Shown: positions 12,784-26,770 of the stretch, in pieces
Layout: every line of letters starts with the position of its first letter
Numbering within the stretch: position 1 is the first letter of the stretch
Assembly (NCBI GenBank): GCA_951406725.2
Contig: OX597820.1
Span: forward strand, 88,970,001-89,034,000
DNA length: 64,000 nt
DNA from: Octopus vulgaris
Taxonomy: Eukaryota
Direction of reading: 5' to 3'
The notes under the pieces: generated by a model
Told to the model about the DNA's origin: nothing
The model's database searches: none
The model's input: only the letters and a program-made list of their open reading frames with translations
Program-made: the position numbers and the translations under genes

Positions 12784-13461
12784 TATAGGGTATCAAGCTG
12801 ATAAACAATAATAGACAACAAACAGACACATAAGCAAGAAAAAAACATATATGCTATACAACAGGTGGCATCATCAGGAAAGATATCCATGCTGGTTAAC
12901 ATTGCTTCAATGACTGGGAACAATATAGTATAGCTGTTAGCATCAATTATTATAATATAGCAGTTAATGTTAATATAAATAAACTCAGCTATTAGCAGTT
13001 AGCTAATGGAATTTTATTTTCTATTTGTTTATCTTATGAAGAATTGAGGTATTTTAGTAGAAAATATTTTTTTGCTTAGGTTAGTATAATTTGAAATATC
13101 ACCCCATTAACATGATTTATAAAATCACAAAGGATAATACCACACAGTTAATATATTTTATATCATGCAATTTAGTATAATCTAATTATTTTGGAATATC
13201 ATCTAGGCTCTTGAGTTTGGTGAAGCAAATGACAACCATTTGCAAATCCAACATTAGGGAACTTTGATTATTTGCCAATCATGAACACACACATGTGAAA
13301 TAGACTTATACCCATCAGGAAATGGGATAAGCAACTGTTTGTGAATACTAAGTCTGTTCCCCCTGTGAAGTGTACCACTCAATATATACTAGTAGTCAGT
13401 TACTGCAGGATTAAGAGTTAATCAGATTTACAGACTTAGAATGATCTGGAGAAGGAATGTA

Positions 13462-14348
13462 CAAGATGATATCAAAATGTTCCTGGACTAGTACTGTAGC
13501 GTACCAACAAATGGCAGCACACGGTTGTGTGTGCACAGTGAGAAATAGCAGTGATCTTCATGAGGCAGTGTGCCAAGTGACATTGTTGTGTTTACTTAAA
13601 TTTGTGTTATTGTGATTACATGTATACTGAAGGCTGCAATTTTGTCATGGACAGGAACAAAGAGCCAATATGAAATTTTGCATTAGACTTGGGAAGCCTG
13701 CTACAGAGACATTGAGCATACTTGGGCAAGCTTATGGCGATGAGGCAATGGGTCATACACAATGTTTCTAGTGGCACAGGTGATTCAAAAGTAGAAGAAA
13801 ATCCCTAGAAGGCATTGAACTATCAGGAAGCCCTGCCACAAACATCACTCCCAAAAAATGGTATTGTGCATCAAGAATTTGTACCCCCACCTTCCTGGAC
13901 CAGACCATCAATCAAAAGTTCTACTGTGACGTTTTGAAGTGATTGAGGGAAGATATTTGGTGAAAGCAACCATATCTGTGAAGTGTGAAGAATTGGATTC
14001 TTCACTGAGCTCTCTTCACTCATGCGTTTCTTGCTAAAAACAACATGGTATTGCTTCTGCACCCAACCTATTCACCTGTGGACTTCCATCTCTTCCCCTA
14101 GATGAAAATGCAACTCAAAGGTCGCTGTTTTAACACCATTATCGAGATCCAGAGTGAATGGCAGAAGGTCCTCAACTGACTTACGGTAAATGACTTTCAG
14201 GCTGGGTTAAAAAAGTGGTAGGAATGCTGGGACTGGTGAAGTGCTGCGCAAGTTGACTATTTCGAAGAAAATGATGTTAAAACTTAAGTAAATAAGCTAT
14301 TTTTTTCATTAAACATAACTAGTCCAGGAACCTTTTGATACCATCTTA
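13462..14348 (+). mobile_element. Internally deleted mariner transposon
   Basis: 31-bp TIRs (caagatgatatcaaaatgttcctggactagt / actagtccaggaaccttttgataccatctta) with TA flanks. Decayed transposase: EQRANMKFCIRLGKPATET...AYGDEAM, VHQEFVP, HPTYSP..DFHLFP. Confidence 0.9.
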
Positions 14349-14399
14349 TATGTAAGCTGAAAGATTTCTCTGCAGATGTAGACTGAAAGAAGTACTAGG

Positions 14400-15610
14400 T
14401 GACAAATACATCCAAAAGGAGGAGGAGGAGTCAGACTTATAGAGAACAGTTCACATTTTTTACAGGATAAAATGCAAGTTACAGACAAGATCTGAGGATG
14501 AAACAAAGTTAACATGATGGTAGGATGATTGACACAGTAGCTAGAGTCATAGAGGCTAAGAGTTAGCTCAGGAAAGACTTTGGAAGATGGTAAGAAAAGA
14601 GAAGTTAGATGTCAGGTATAAGTAGCATGAAGAAAAGCTGAAAGTAAGAAGTCTGGCAATGTTCATTGACAGAGAATCAGTGAAATGAAGCATTCTGGGC
14701 TGCAGAGTATTGTGTCAGTGCAAATTAAACTATTGTTGAGGAAAAGTGGGTACAGAATGATAGCAGCACACACATGAACATGCTATTACAAGAAGTTGTG
14801 TATCCAGCCACAGAAACCAAACCAAAACAGACCGGAGCATGGTAAAGCTCTCCAGCTCCAGTCAAACCATCTAATCCATGCCAGCATGGAAAATGGACTG
14901 ATGATGATGATGAATAGAGAATACATGGGAGGGAAGGGTTACTTGAAATAAAGAAATTAGTGGGAATAGCTACTGAAATTGACAACTGAAATGGTCAAAA
15001 GCCTGATTAAGGGTAAGAGTGCAGGGGAGGCAGCTGGACCATGAGGGACAGTTGCTGAAATGATGAAAATATCTACAAAATTAGAGTATGCATAATTGAA
15101 TATGTATTCAATCAGGTGGTATAGGAAAGTGTCATACTCAATGACTGGCATAACAGTATCATTAACTGCAACAAGAAAAAACAAAAGGTTGTTGAGAGAA
15201 GCATCTATAGAGGCATCAAGTGGATGAACCAGGTTATGAGAGTAATAGAAAGTGCTAGAGCAGAATTGATTAGGAAGAGAATTGAATCAGATGAAATCCT
15301 CTTTGGGATTGTATCAGAATGAGGTACTACAGATGATCTCTTCCTAGTGGGGTAACTACAAGAGAACAAGCCACTGAAGCTAGCATTTATTCATTTAGAG
15401 AAGGCTTTAACAGGGTACCAAGCTCTAGAATCTGGTAGTTGCTAACAAAACTAAATGTAGTTCAAAGATTTGTAAGAGTCACAGGTGAGAGTTAGCAATG
15501 AGTTCACTGAGGAATTTAATCTGCAGGTAGGTGTCCAACAGGGTATGGTTCTCAGCCCCTCTCTGTGTAAGATCTCTAGGCCATAATAGAGGATCTTAAA
15601 TTTGATCATA
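14400..15610 (+). mobile_element. Decayed RTE-type LINE RT fragment
   Basis: AAGP*GTVAEMMK, YRGIK, GTTD, AFIHLEKA, QVGVQQGMVLSP motifs across frameshifts; similar to 60671-62061. Confidence 0.7.
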
Positions 15611-16729
15611 CATGGGACATCCTATATTCTCATGATCAGGTTCTCAAAGCTGATTCTGTCAAAGGTACCGGGTATGGAGATGATGATGATGACAATGATG
15701 ATAGTAATTAGTATAATTTTAAATACCACCCAGTTAGTAGAATTTAAAACATCACAAATGCTGGTTAATTTTGGCAAGTTTTGTTTTGTTGTTGTTTAAC
15801 TGAATTACTAAATGTCCTGATAGTCTAGATAATTATTAGTGTCATCTAAAGAAAAAGAAATTACAAAGGTAAAATCATTGAGTGGGCAAGGTAAAAGATT
15901 GTAAGCCTGTGTACCATAGGTTCAAATCCACAACAAGCATTTAGTTACTTTCTAGAGAGGAAACTTAATTTCACATTCTGATCTATGTAGGTAGGTAATA
16001 AGTATGCTTATTTTTTCTTGGAAAGTTACTTAAAAATAACATGGGTGTGGGGTTAAGAAGTTTGCTTTACAAACTCATGGTTCAGGGTTCAATCTCACTG
16101 CACAACACCATGGGTAAATGTCATCTACCATAACCCTTGAGTTGGCCTTGTGGGTGGAACTAGATAGACAGAAACTATGAAGGGGTCCACTGCCTGCATA
16201 TGGGCATGTGTACATGTCTTTCAGTCATGCACATCGCTAAAAGTAGACATGAGCAAGTAAACTGAAGCAAATAGTGATTTCAAATATAAATACCTTGTGG
16301 TATTTGTTCTGCCTGAATTGCAAAGGCAGTACTTTGTCCCTATTTTTGTCAATATTTTGGTGCATTGGTAATCAGCACATTGAAAATCAGTAACCAACAG
16401 AACAATTGTTTACAAAAAGCATCATACAGCATCTTGACCATGGGAGAGATAATCATGCTTTTGTTTTATTACAAATAAACCAGAGTAGAGCACATTGGTC
16501 CCAAGATCATCGTGATTTTTTTGAAAAATTAAATTAAATTGGGAGAGAGAGAGAAAGAGGGAGATTCCCATTTAAAATATTATCTGATTGTCTAAGCTGA
16601 CAGGTGAAACTAAAAATCCCATTTAACTTGAACTTTACAATAAATTTGACTCTACTTTTCAATACTGAGTCAGTCACCCAATCAATAAGTGTTCTGTTCT
16701 TATTCTTAAAATAACTTTAACATTTAAAG

Positions 16730-17201
16730 CAGTGATTCTCAACTGGGGTCCATATGACCCCTGAGGGGCTGTATAAGATTTTTGGAGGTCCACGCAATGG
16801 AATAGTAAATTGTGGATGGGGATCCACAATAGTATTTTAAGAGCCCCTGAAAAGATTTTGCTTCAGATATATGGTATTGCAAGAAACAGCAAGGCTTCTT
16901 TCTCAAATGTTTTACATAGTCCACACAAAGTAGGAATTTTGAAAGAAGTTTCTATAAAACTAGTTTTTTAAACATAAAATGGCTATGGGGATCCACCATA
17001 GGGGTCCATAGATATAAAGAAAATGGTTGAGAACCCCTTTTAAGTTAGTTCCCTAGTATGTCTGCATTCCAATGTCTGAAGCAAGTAAAAGTTATGTTAC
17101 TTATAGATATGTATTATTTAAGACATTGAATGGCTATGGGGGTCCACCAGAATAAAATAGTAATCAAAGGGGTTATGGATAAAAATGGTTGAGAACCCCT
17201 G
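16730..17201. mobile_element. hAT-like MITE
   Basis: TIRs cagtgattctcaac / gttgagaacccctg; 8-bp TSD atttaaag / atttaaaa. Right end internally duplicated (about 16980-17038 and 17130-17201). Confidence 0.8.
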
Positions 17202-17875
17202 ATTTAAAATATCAACTATGATCAGGACTGTGACAGGGTTTAAAAAAAAATAAACAAAAAATAAATAAATGGAAACAAACCTCAACAGCCTATAGTTATA
17301 TGCATGTATATGTGTGTGTGTGTGTGTGTATGTGGGGTCACTATGTGTATGTGTGTGTATGTAGATGTGTATGTCTTGTGTTGTTACTTACTCTTGGCCC
17401 CAGCCAGTGCTCCTAATGAAATATCAAAGTGGTGTGCACTCATCAGCATTTGTTTTCCTGCATGTTTTTCAGTCAGACCTGCACAACATAAAGAAGTGAC
17501 ACAATACACAAAGGGCTCATTATCCTTCCTAAATGTTCTAATTCTTAACACATGGTGGGAAGGGGTGGGTGGTTTGGCAATTTACATAGAGACAAACCCA
17601 CATAAACGAACGTTAGCTACTCGTCAAAACACCCACAGCAGACAAGAGCAATGGAAACACAGATCATGACAACAACAACAACAAAAGTACAAACAAGCAC
17701 AAATTTACAATACAAATATTACAGTAGTAAGTACAGCTTTGGTTATGTGGTTAAGACAATTCTTACCCAAACTGAATTTTAACTTTGTGGTATTTCAGGC
17801 CAGTGTCTCTTATAGGCTCAAGTTGACCAAAACCTTGTAAGACAGTAACCGAGTGGAAACCCAACAGATGGCTTA

Positions 17876-19845
17876 TGTGAGGGTTGGACAGAAAGTAATT
17901 CAAAAGTGGGCAAAATTTTTCTTTTTTTTAACTGATACAAGTTGTTTGAATTGCTCATGTTTATAAAGTAACTCTAAGTCTATACAAAGGTAATACTCAA
18001 CACAGTCTTCATCACAAATAATGCATTTGTGCCATTGTTGAATCTAACTCCTGCATCATCAGCATTTAACATCCATTTTCCATGCTGGTATGGGTTGAAC
18101 AGTTTGACTGAAAACTGGTAAATTGGAGAGCTGCACTAGGCTCCAATCTGATTTGGCATGATTTCAACGGCAGGATGTCCTTGCTATTGCCAACCAATCC
18201 AAGAGTGTAGTGGGTGAATTTTACATGTCACTGGCACAGATGCCAGTTATGCAACATTAGCATCAGCAACGACTACAATTTCATTTGGCTTGACAGGTCT
18301 TCCCAAGCACAGAATATCACCAATGGTTTCGGTCATTTGTCACTGCCACATGAAGCCCAGCGTTCAAATGATGCTTTTTACATGCCAGTTGCGCGACGCT
18401 GACATCAGTCACAACTAAGATTTCACTTGTGACCGGCCAATGTCAGGAGTACACTGATGTAGCCAATTCTTCACAGCCATTTTCAATTTATCTGTGTCAT
18501 CGATTATCTTCCAAGACTGTCTTTCATTGGACCAAACAGGTGAAAGTCAGAGATTGTCAGATCCAGGTAGTATGATGTACAGTGGATGGAACCCAGTAAA
18601 GTAGCTTAATTCGTTGATTGTCTGATTTGCTGCCAAAGGATTTGTTTAGCAATGCATTGTTTTAGTGAATGAAGATTGTTTTCAGATTCTTGTTTGGTCT
18701 CTTCCTCCTGATGGATTCTCAAAGCTTTTTGGAGTGTCTCAAAGTACCGCTCACTGTTCACAATGCACCCACATTCAAGAAAACCAAGGAGTATGATGCT
18801 TTTGTGATCCCAAAAGAACAGCAACTATGATTTTCTGTGCCAATCAATGGCACTTGAACTTCTTGGGTCTCAGAAAAGAACCTTCATTTTTGGATAAGAT
18901 AGGTGCAGGAGTGGCTGTGTGGTAAGTAGCTTGCATACCAGCCAAATGGTTCCAGGTTCAGTCCCACTGCATGGCACTTTGGGCAAGTGTCTATTACTAT
19001 AGCCTTGGGCCAACCAAAGCCTTGTGAGTGGATTTGGTAGATGAAAACTCAAAGAAGCCCGTCGTATATATGTATATATATGTGTGTGCGTGTGTATGTT
19101 AGTGTGTCTATGTTTGTCCCCCTAGCATTGCTTGACAACCGATGCTGGTGTGTTTACGTCGCCGTCACTTAGTGGTTCAGCAAAAGCACCCGATAGAATA
19201 AGTACTGGGCTTACAAAGAATAAGTCCTGCGGTTGATTTGCTCAACTAAAGGTGGTACTCCAGCATGGCCAGTCAGATGGCTGAAACAAATAAAAGAAAT
19301 TATATGCTTGGATTTTGTCTCTTGTCACCTGATTTTTAAAAACAAGTCTACATTGGTACCAAATGCTTCTGGCAGATCAGAGTAGAGTTCTAACCTTCTC
19401 TACTCCAAGTTGAGTGTCAACTACTAAGGTACCACTTAGAATATACTTTCTGGTTCCCATAGTGTTCCACCATCTTCTGTAAAGCATTGTTACTATATTC
19501 CAGCTGTGCACCTGGCTCACAAATTGCGAATTAACTGTCTTCGTAAATCAACCCCTCCACTCATTGGCAAGTCATATCAGTAGTCACAGCTTAGAGTCTT
19601 CCATTGCATGGTTTCCCATTCTTTAAACTTCTTTATCAGTTTGTACACATAGCTCTAGTCAATGGTGTCATCTCTGTAAATGACCGGCAGCCTTCTGTAA
19701 ATGTCAGACAGCCTGCAAGCCTCCTTAATGAGGAACTCAGCACATTGCTCCTGCGATGTCACTATGGAGAAAGAGCTACTCTACCAACATGCGCAATTTG
19801 AATGATCCATGTCAGTTAATAAAAAAAGTTATGCCCACTTTAGCA
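17876..19845 (-). mobile_element. Decayed mariner transposon interrupted by SINE/LINE-tail insertions
   Basis: Inverted ends (aaagtgggcaaaattttt / aaaaagttatgcccacttt). ORF 18606..18824 FFWDHKSIILLGFL..G.IVNSERY is a mariner catalytic-domain motif. Confidence 0.7.
18902..19297 (+). mobile_element. SINE family A copy (inside a mariner)
   Basis: Same head, body and tail as 40935-41333. Confidence 0.88.
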
Positions 19846-20870
19846 ATCATCATCATCATCATTTAACGTCCGTTTTCTCCTGCTGGCATGGAATGGACAG
19901 TTTGACCAGAGCTGGCATGCAGGGGAGCTGCACCAGGTTCCAGTTTGATTTAGCTTGGTTTCTATGGCTGGGCACTCTTCCTAACACCAACCACTTTACA
20001 GAGTGGGCTAGGTACATTTTATGTGGCACCAGCACAGGTGTTTTTATGTGACGCCAGCACAGGTGCTATTATGTGGAGCTGACATGGAAGCTTTGGACAT
20101 ATCTTTTGTAGTATTGCATATTGCTTAAAGATGCAACATCTCTGTGAGCTATACCCTCTTCCACAGGTTCCACTAATTCAGGGTGTTTGACCATTTTGCA
20201 CAAGGTAGTCATTCTCCATATGCATCACATGCTCATACTAACACAGCCTTCTTTCTTGCACACTACACCCAATTTCTCTTTTATTCAGTTTTCTCTGAGC
20301 TCATTTTTACTGACATTCATGCATTCAAGTCTTTGCAAGTCTTCGGCATCCAAAGTCTGTGTCTTCCAACCCAATAGTATCAAAATTCTAGCACAAGCAT
20401 TACAGAACCTGTCCATCATTCAAGGAGAAAAATACCTTTTTGCTAGTAGCTGTCACAGCTTCCTGAACCTTCTCCAAGCTGTTCTTACCCTGGCTACTTT
20501 CATAACAACCACATCCCCTACTAATTATGTCTCCAAGGTAACAAAGGCTACCAACAACTTCTAATGAGCTATCGAGGCATTTAAAAGAATCTATTTCCAG
20601 TGTGCTCACAGTATGTATTGCTCCACTGTATCTATCACATATGAATCTTAATTTCTCTGATAGCCAGCCTGTGATTCCACTACACCTCTCATGTGTCCAT
20701 AGTTTACATTGGACACAGCATTTGGAGTTCATACCTACACCTCTTCCTCGTACCAAGAACAGCCATTTGCCCGAAGCTATCAAAGTCCTGTCTTATTTTC
20801 CAGCTTATTAACATCATAATTTGTGCTAAATCTACTGAGACCTTTCAATTTTAAATTTACTTTCCACGAT
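19846..20870 (-). mobile_element. RTE-type LINE 3' fragment with 3' UTR
   Basis: ORF 20400..20783: CVQCKLWTHERCSG...FICDR, LEVVGSLCYLGD. Continues into the (GAT)n-tailed UTR at 19846-20100. Confidence 0.8.
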
Positions 20871-21152
20871 TGGAGTTGTGTGTGTGTGTATAAGAAGAGA
20901 GGTAACAGTGACTATATATATATATATATATAATAATAATAATATCAGGGACTTATATTATATTTAACTTTTTTATACTTTTTGGTTAGTATAAAAAAAA
21001 TATATAGTTTATAAATTTAATAATTTAAAAATTTCAAATTTAAATTTTAAATTATATATATATATTGTATATTATATTAATTTTTAATGTTTTGGTTTAT
21101 GTCTATCACTGTTTGAGTTGCCTAATAGTGATTTTATCTCTAATTTAATTTA

Positions 21153-21191
<39 letters not shown>

Positions 21192-23101
21192 CACAAGAAG
21201 AGAGTTAACAGTGACTTTGAAGTTTTGATATGCTAAATTGCTTTTATTATAACTTGACATGAAAACATTAATTAATACACACACACATTCAGAAGGTGGC
21301 CAAGTATTAAATCCTAAGAGCCTGCTTCACAAAAACATACACGAATGTCAAATCATTTATTCATGAATTAAGGTGGTTAAGCTTTATAAAATAATCATGC
21401 TTATACAATAACAAAAGTCGACACACCCTCCAGCAGTTCAGTTTGTTATATATTTTTGCTATTTATATAAAATAAATACATACATATATGTTATTTATAA
21501 AACATATACATTATAACAAACATGTTATTATTGTTGTTTTATTTTATTTTATTTTATTTTAAGTCTGCTCACAATTGGCACACCTACAATTAAAGGCATT
21601 TCAGCCATGACCATCCAGTCTTATTACTGCAACATTAAATGAGATTTGGCTGCTATTTCCAGTAGATTAATCAACCGTATGGAGGTTCTTTGGGTTGTTT
21701 TTCTACACAATCAACTGCTTACTGAACATGCAGGTATCAGTTTATTAATTTTTCTTTTACTATTTAATCAAGAATAAAAATATGGCACCAAATTACCATT
21801 TTTCTTCAAAGCCTTACAAGATAGGGGTATGGGGGTGGAAAGGAAGGAGGATAGTTATGTTCAAAACGGAGACCACACAGGTATGGTTGTATGGTAAGAG
21901 GTTTGTTTCCCAGCCACGTGGTTCCAGGTTCAGTCATACTGCATGGCACTATGGGCAAGTGTCTTCTGCTATAGCCTTGGGCCAACCAAATCAATACCTT
22001 GCGAGTGGATTTGATAAACGGGAACTGGAAGAAACCCATCATGTGTCTGTGTGTGTGTCTCCTTGTCTTGACACTGTGTCATAATTGTAAATGATTCTCA
22101 CTGTCAATCATGCAGAGTCATTCATTTAACGTATTTAGCAAGAACATGTTTGGCTAGAGGGCAGATATTACCTTACTTGGAAGCAGATAAGGGTTGGTGA
22201 CAGGGAGGGCATCCAGCTATAGAAAATGTGCCTCAGTAAACTTCTGTCCAATCCATGCAAGCATGGTAAAGTGGATATTGAAATGATGATGATGATGATA
22301 ATGTAGCTGAATGCTTAAAAGAGTTAGGTGCACCAAAGGCAACCAAGTACCAGGTGGTGCCACTGTTAAACTGGGAGATAGATTATGTCTACCACCCAAG
22401 AATTAAGAACACAAACAAATGGAACAAATACCACAAGGTATATCACCTAATGAGCAAACAACTCCAGTCATCCACTGCTTCGGATTGTTAATTTATTTTG
22501 TTGACCCTGAAGGGACAAAAAGTCAAAGATGATTGTGGCATGATCTGAACTCAAAGTGCAGCGAACTGGAGCAAATATGCAAATTAATGTCTTATGTTGT
22601 TACCCTACCAATTTGCTGCCTTTGATTCCATATTCTTCAAATTTGCCACGCCTCCATGAATCATCTTTTACTTGTTTCAGTCATTAGACTGTGGCCATTA
22701 TGGGGCACCACCCAGAAGAATTTTTAGTTGAATGAACTGACCCTAATATTTAATTTTTTGGCTAAGCATGGTACTTATTCTATTGGTGTCTTTTGCTGAA
22801 CTGCTAAGTTATGTGGGACATAAACACACCAATACCAGTTGTCAAGCAGTGATGGGGGATAAACACAGATGCATACATAGACATATACATATATACAATG
22901 GTCTTCTTTTAGTTTCCTTTTACCAAATCCACTCACAAAGCTTTGGTTGGCCTGAGGCTAAAGTAGAAGACACTTGCTCAAGGTGCTACACAGTGGGACT
23001 GAACCCAGAATGGTAAATGATGAAAATTGCTGATCTAAGTAGGAATCACTTGATTTACTACAATGAACAGGCAAATTTCATTCAAATTATACTCTACCAT
23101 C

Positions 23102-23295
23102 TTAATCCTTTTGTTACCATATTTCTGTTGTAATACGGAGCTTATTACACATGAATTTATTAAAATAATTTTGTCGTTATGAAGATGGTGCTTGGAACAA
23201 AAATTAGTGTGAAATTTTGATGGAAGGTTCATAACAGGGAGATTGTATCTTAGAACCAGGGACATTTTCAGGTGGGTTGACATCAAAAGGGTTAA
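23102..23295. mobile_element. piggyBac-like MITE, second family
   Basis: ttaatccttttg ... caaaagggttaa, TTAA flanks. Confidence 0.55.
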
Positions 23296-25589
23296 ACAAG
23301 GAATGACACGGTGTATAATGTAGTTCAAGAAACAGTAAAAGATAGGATGGCCATGGTTGAAATACTTTTGATTGTGAAGCTGATTGGTTCAGGATTACAC
23401 CAGAGATTAATGACAATTCTCATAATTCTTCCCCACCATACACACATAGCATCAATCATGCGAAATATGTCACAGCGTCAACATCCCATAGCTTGTCAAA
23501 AATATACGGGCTTTCTTTTTGTCTTTTACTCATTTGAAAGGGCTGTACTTATGACCCTTTTCATGGCTTCTAAGATTGGTGGAAGAGGGAGAGAGGAAGG
23601 AGGAAATCCTTGAAACAGAGACCTAGCCTGGATGCAAGCATTTAAGAGTGAACACTACTAAAAGGCGACCAAGGACCAGGTAGTGGTGTTAAACCTACCT
23701 CCAAGCAGGACACTGGTAGAGTTTGAACTATGAACACATACTGGAATAAATATCACAAGGCATTCCACCTGGTGCTCCAACAATTCCACCAGTCAACCTG
23801 TCTAGAATGGTACTACTACTATTTATGATCCCCCAGAAGTATGCAAGAAAGCTGACCTTAGCTAATTTGAGGTAATGCTTCAATGTTATTACTTTTAAAC
23901 AGACTTTTACTTTCAATTGATTGGTAGAAGCATGACTGTGTAATTAAGAAATTCAATTTGCGACTATATGGTTTTGACTTTAGTTCCACTGTGCCCTTGG
24001 GAAAATGTTGTGGTTGAAACCCTGTACAAAACATTTGTGTGTGTGTATTTTGTATTGTGTGTATGTGTGTGTGTCTATACATGTTTGTGTATATACGTAT
24101 GTATGTATATGTGTGTATACATGTCTGTGTATATATATATGTGTGCGTGTGTGTGTATGAATGTTTCCAAATTGCATCTGTGTGTAAACCACTGACTTAC
24201 AGAAAGTGCATTCTGTTATCATTTCTCTATCAACAAACAGACTGGTAGCCCTGTGCTTTTGAAAACAAACGGAATGAACAGCCTAGTTAAAAGAGACAGT
24301 CAGGGTTAGCCCACAGGAAGGGCAGCCAACTATAAAGCAACACCCATGAAATGAATGAAGAATCCTGTCTGGTTATAAAGGGTGAGGCATAATTTGCCAA
24401 CAGTAAACCGGTATCTTTCACTGAACTGGTTACAGCACCCCTAGATCTGGAGCACTTTAACCATCCAAGAAGAATTCAATGCAGACAATAGCTCAGAATG
24501 TGGTAACAGAGGTACTCAGAAGTAATGACTTGGATGTGGCTGGCTCCTAGGTAGCGGAAGAAGTTAAGGTCTGAAATACCAGCATAAGGGATGGGGAGGC
24601 TCCTCTAAAGACTTTCGGCTGTTCAGCTCTCTTGCTACTAAATCTGGAGTTGAAAATGCAAGTCAATGAATGGCAGAATTGGTAGAGCATCAAATGAAAC
24701 AACACTTGGGATCTAGTTACATCCCTTTAAGTCTTAAATTCAAATTCTATTGAGGTTGGCTTTGTCTTTGATTTTAGTGAGTCTGATAAAAAGTTTTTGG
24801 AGGCAATGACAAGTGACCGAGACCTTTGGCAATTTTTTGTGCTTGAGAAGACACATCAAGCTAAGTGAAATTGTAGTCATGGCCTGTACTGGTGACACAT
24901 AAGAGACACACAGTACACTCTGAGGAGTGGTTGGTGTTAGGAAAGGCATCCAGCCATAGAAACCAAGCCAAAACAGACTGTAGTTTGGTACAGCTCTCCA
25001 GCTTACCAGCCCCAGTCAAAATGCCTTACTCATGCCAGAATGGAAAACAGATGCTAACCGATGAATGATGATGGCTGAAGAGACCCACCAAGTTCAGAAA
25101 GTTAACTGTTATTAAACTATGGACAGGATTTCTGCAAGCCCATTATTTTGGTGTGCTTTTCTTCCTTTTTTTTTCATACACACACCTGACAAGAAACAAA
25201 TTGTACAGATATTTCATAGTAGAGTGGTTAGCAGTGTGTAAACAAGATCAACCACAATGTCCACCCAAAATATGATATATAATATACAACAGATATAAAA
25301 CAGTAATATGCATGCCCATTTTATATATAGAATGTGCTTGGGCTAAATTTGATGGGTTTTTGAGGAACAGCTTTATGTACCAGTGAACAGTCAAAGGCAT
25401 TGGAGAGCATAAAGTTGTAGTTGATAAAAAAAGTTAGCTAACATGGAGGATTGGAAGCCATCTGAATACTGGAAAAGTGTTACCTGTATCATGATAATTT
25501 GTGTTGGGTATCTAAATGCCACATCATAAATACTGTTCAAAGCTCTGTGAGTAATGTAAAAGCTGTAAGACATGACATGGACATCATGA

Positions 25590-25940
25590 AAAAAAGTTTC
25601 CACAAACTATGATGGTCTTTGGGTGTTTTCAGTAAGGGTGAAATCATGCCGCTCCACATCCTCAAACAGAGCCTTAGGCTCGATCTAGATGACTATGTTA
25701 AGCTAGTGGGGACTGTGGTCAACCACTGGTTGGAAAGGGTTGCTAATGAAGGCTATACATGTGGCAGCAGAATCTGGCTCCTTGCTATACCTTTACAAAG
25801 AGTTATAAGTCATTATCAGAGACTTTCTACAGCTCTACCAGCCCCAATTTCTGACCTCTTAAGTTGCCTGATTGTAATCCCAAAGATTACTATGTGTGGG
25901 GTGCAGTTAAGAAAGACACTCTTTCTTAACTGCAACACCA
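25590..25940 (+). mobile_element. Tc1/maT-like transposase remnant
   Basis: WQQNLAPCYT and F*PLKLPDCNPKDYYVWGAV resemble the QQDxAPxH and WPPxSPDxNPLDYxVWG motifs. Confidence 0.6.
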
Positions 25941-26279
25941 AGATAACAGTATCGAGTAAGGTGGTGAGCTGGCAAAAGCATCAGCATGCTAGCCAAAAAA
26001 GCTTACTGGCATTTCATCCAACTTTGCACTCTGAGTTCAAATTCTGCCGAGGTTGACTATACCTTCCATCCTTTCAGGGTTGATAAACAAGTACAAATGT
26101 AATTGACTCACCAGCCCCCCCACGAAATTGCTGGCCTTGTGCCAAAATTTGAAACCAATTTAACAGTATCAAGTATACCATCTCTCTCCTCTAACAAACA
26201 ATATATGAGCTGTACATCTATGTTGACAATGACTGTCCACAGGTATAGTCATATTAATGGAGGAGTGCTCTCTCCTCCA

Positions 26280-26770
26280 TAGGACTCTGCCTTAAGCCAC
26301 TGTGATCTGTGAGGATTAACATGCAATCTACTCAAATTGTATTTAACTCCAGCCTGATGTCCTGCACAACTAGCCAGCTATGAAAATATAGTATTCAAGT
26401 GAACTAATTTTTTTCTCCAATCTTTGGACATGCCCGACTACTGGAAATTTTTGCTCTATCAATATCTATTCCATGCTAGGTAGCTTGGTTTTCAGCTTGT
26501 CTTTCCAAGTAACCTTTATGATCTATATCGTGTAGCTAGGCATAAACACATGCAGTCTTATTACTTATTTGCAGTATAATGTCCAGGTCTTTAATCTACA
26601 CAGCAGGGTGAGGGTAAAATACTATTGCTGGTCATGTGTTGCTACCATTTCATATTTGGGGCCATTCATAGCATCCTTGTGTAGCAGTCATCTGATGTCA
26701 AGTCAATCAACTACAATTCTCTATCATACATTGCTGCAGCTGTGCCATGCAAATCCATAGTGATACTGCA
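26280..26770 (-). mobile_element. RTE-clade LINE C-terminal remnant
   Basis: Minus strand DDCYTRML*MAPNMKW*QHMTSNSIY, the same motif class as 44875-45270. Confidence 0.55.

Noticed and set aside
20914-21194. Mitochondrial control-region insertion (NUMT)
   Set aside because: Only base composition supports it; no tRNA, rRNA or coding remnant is recognisable.
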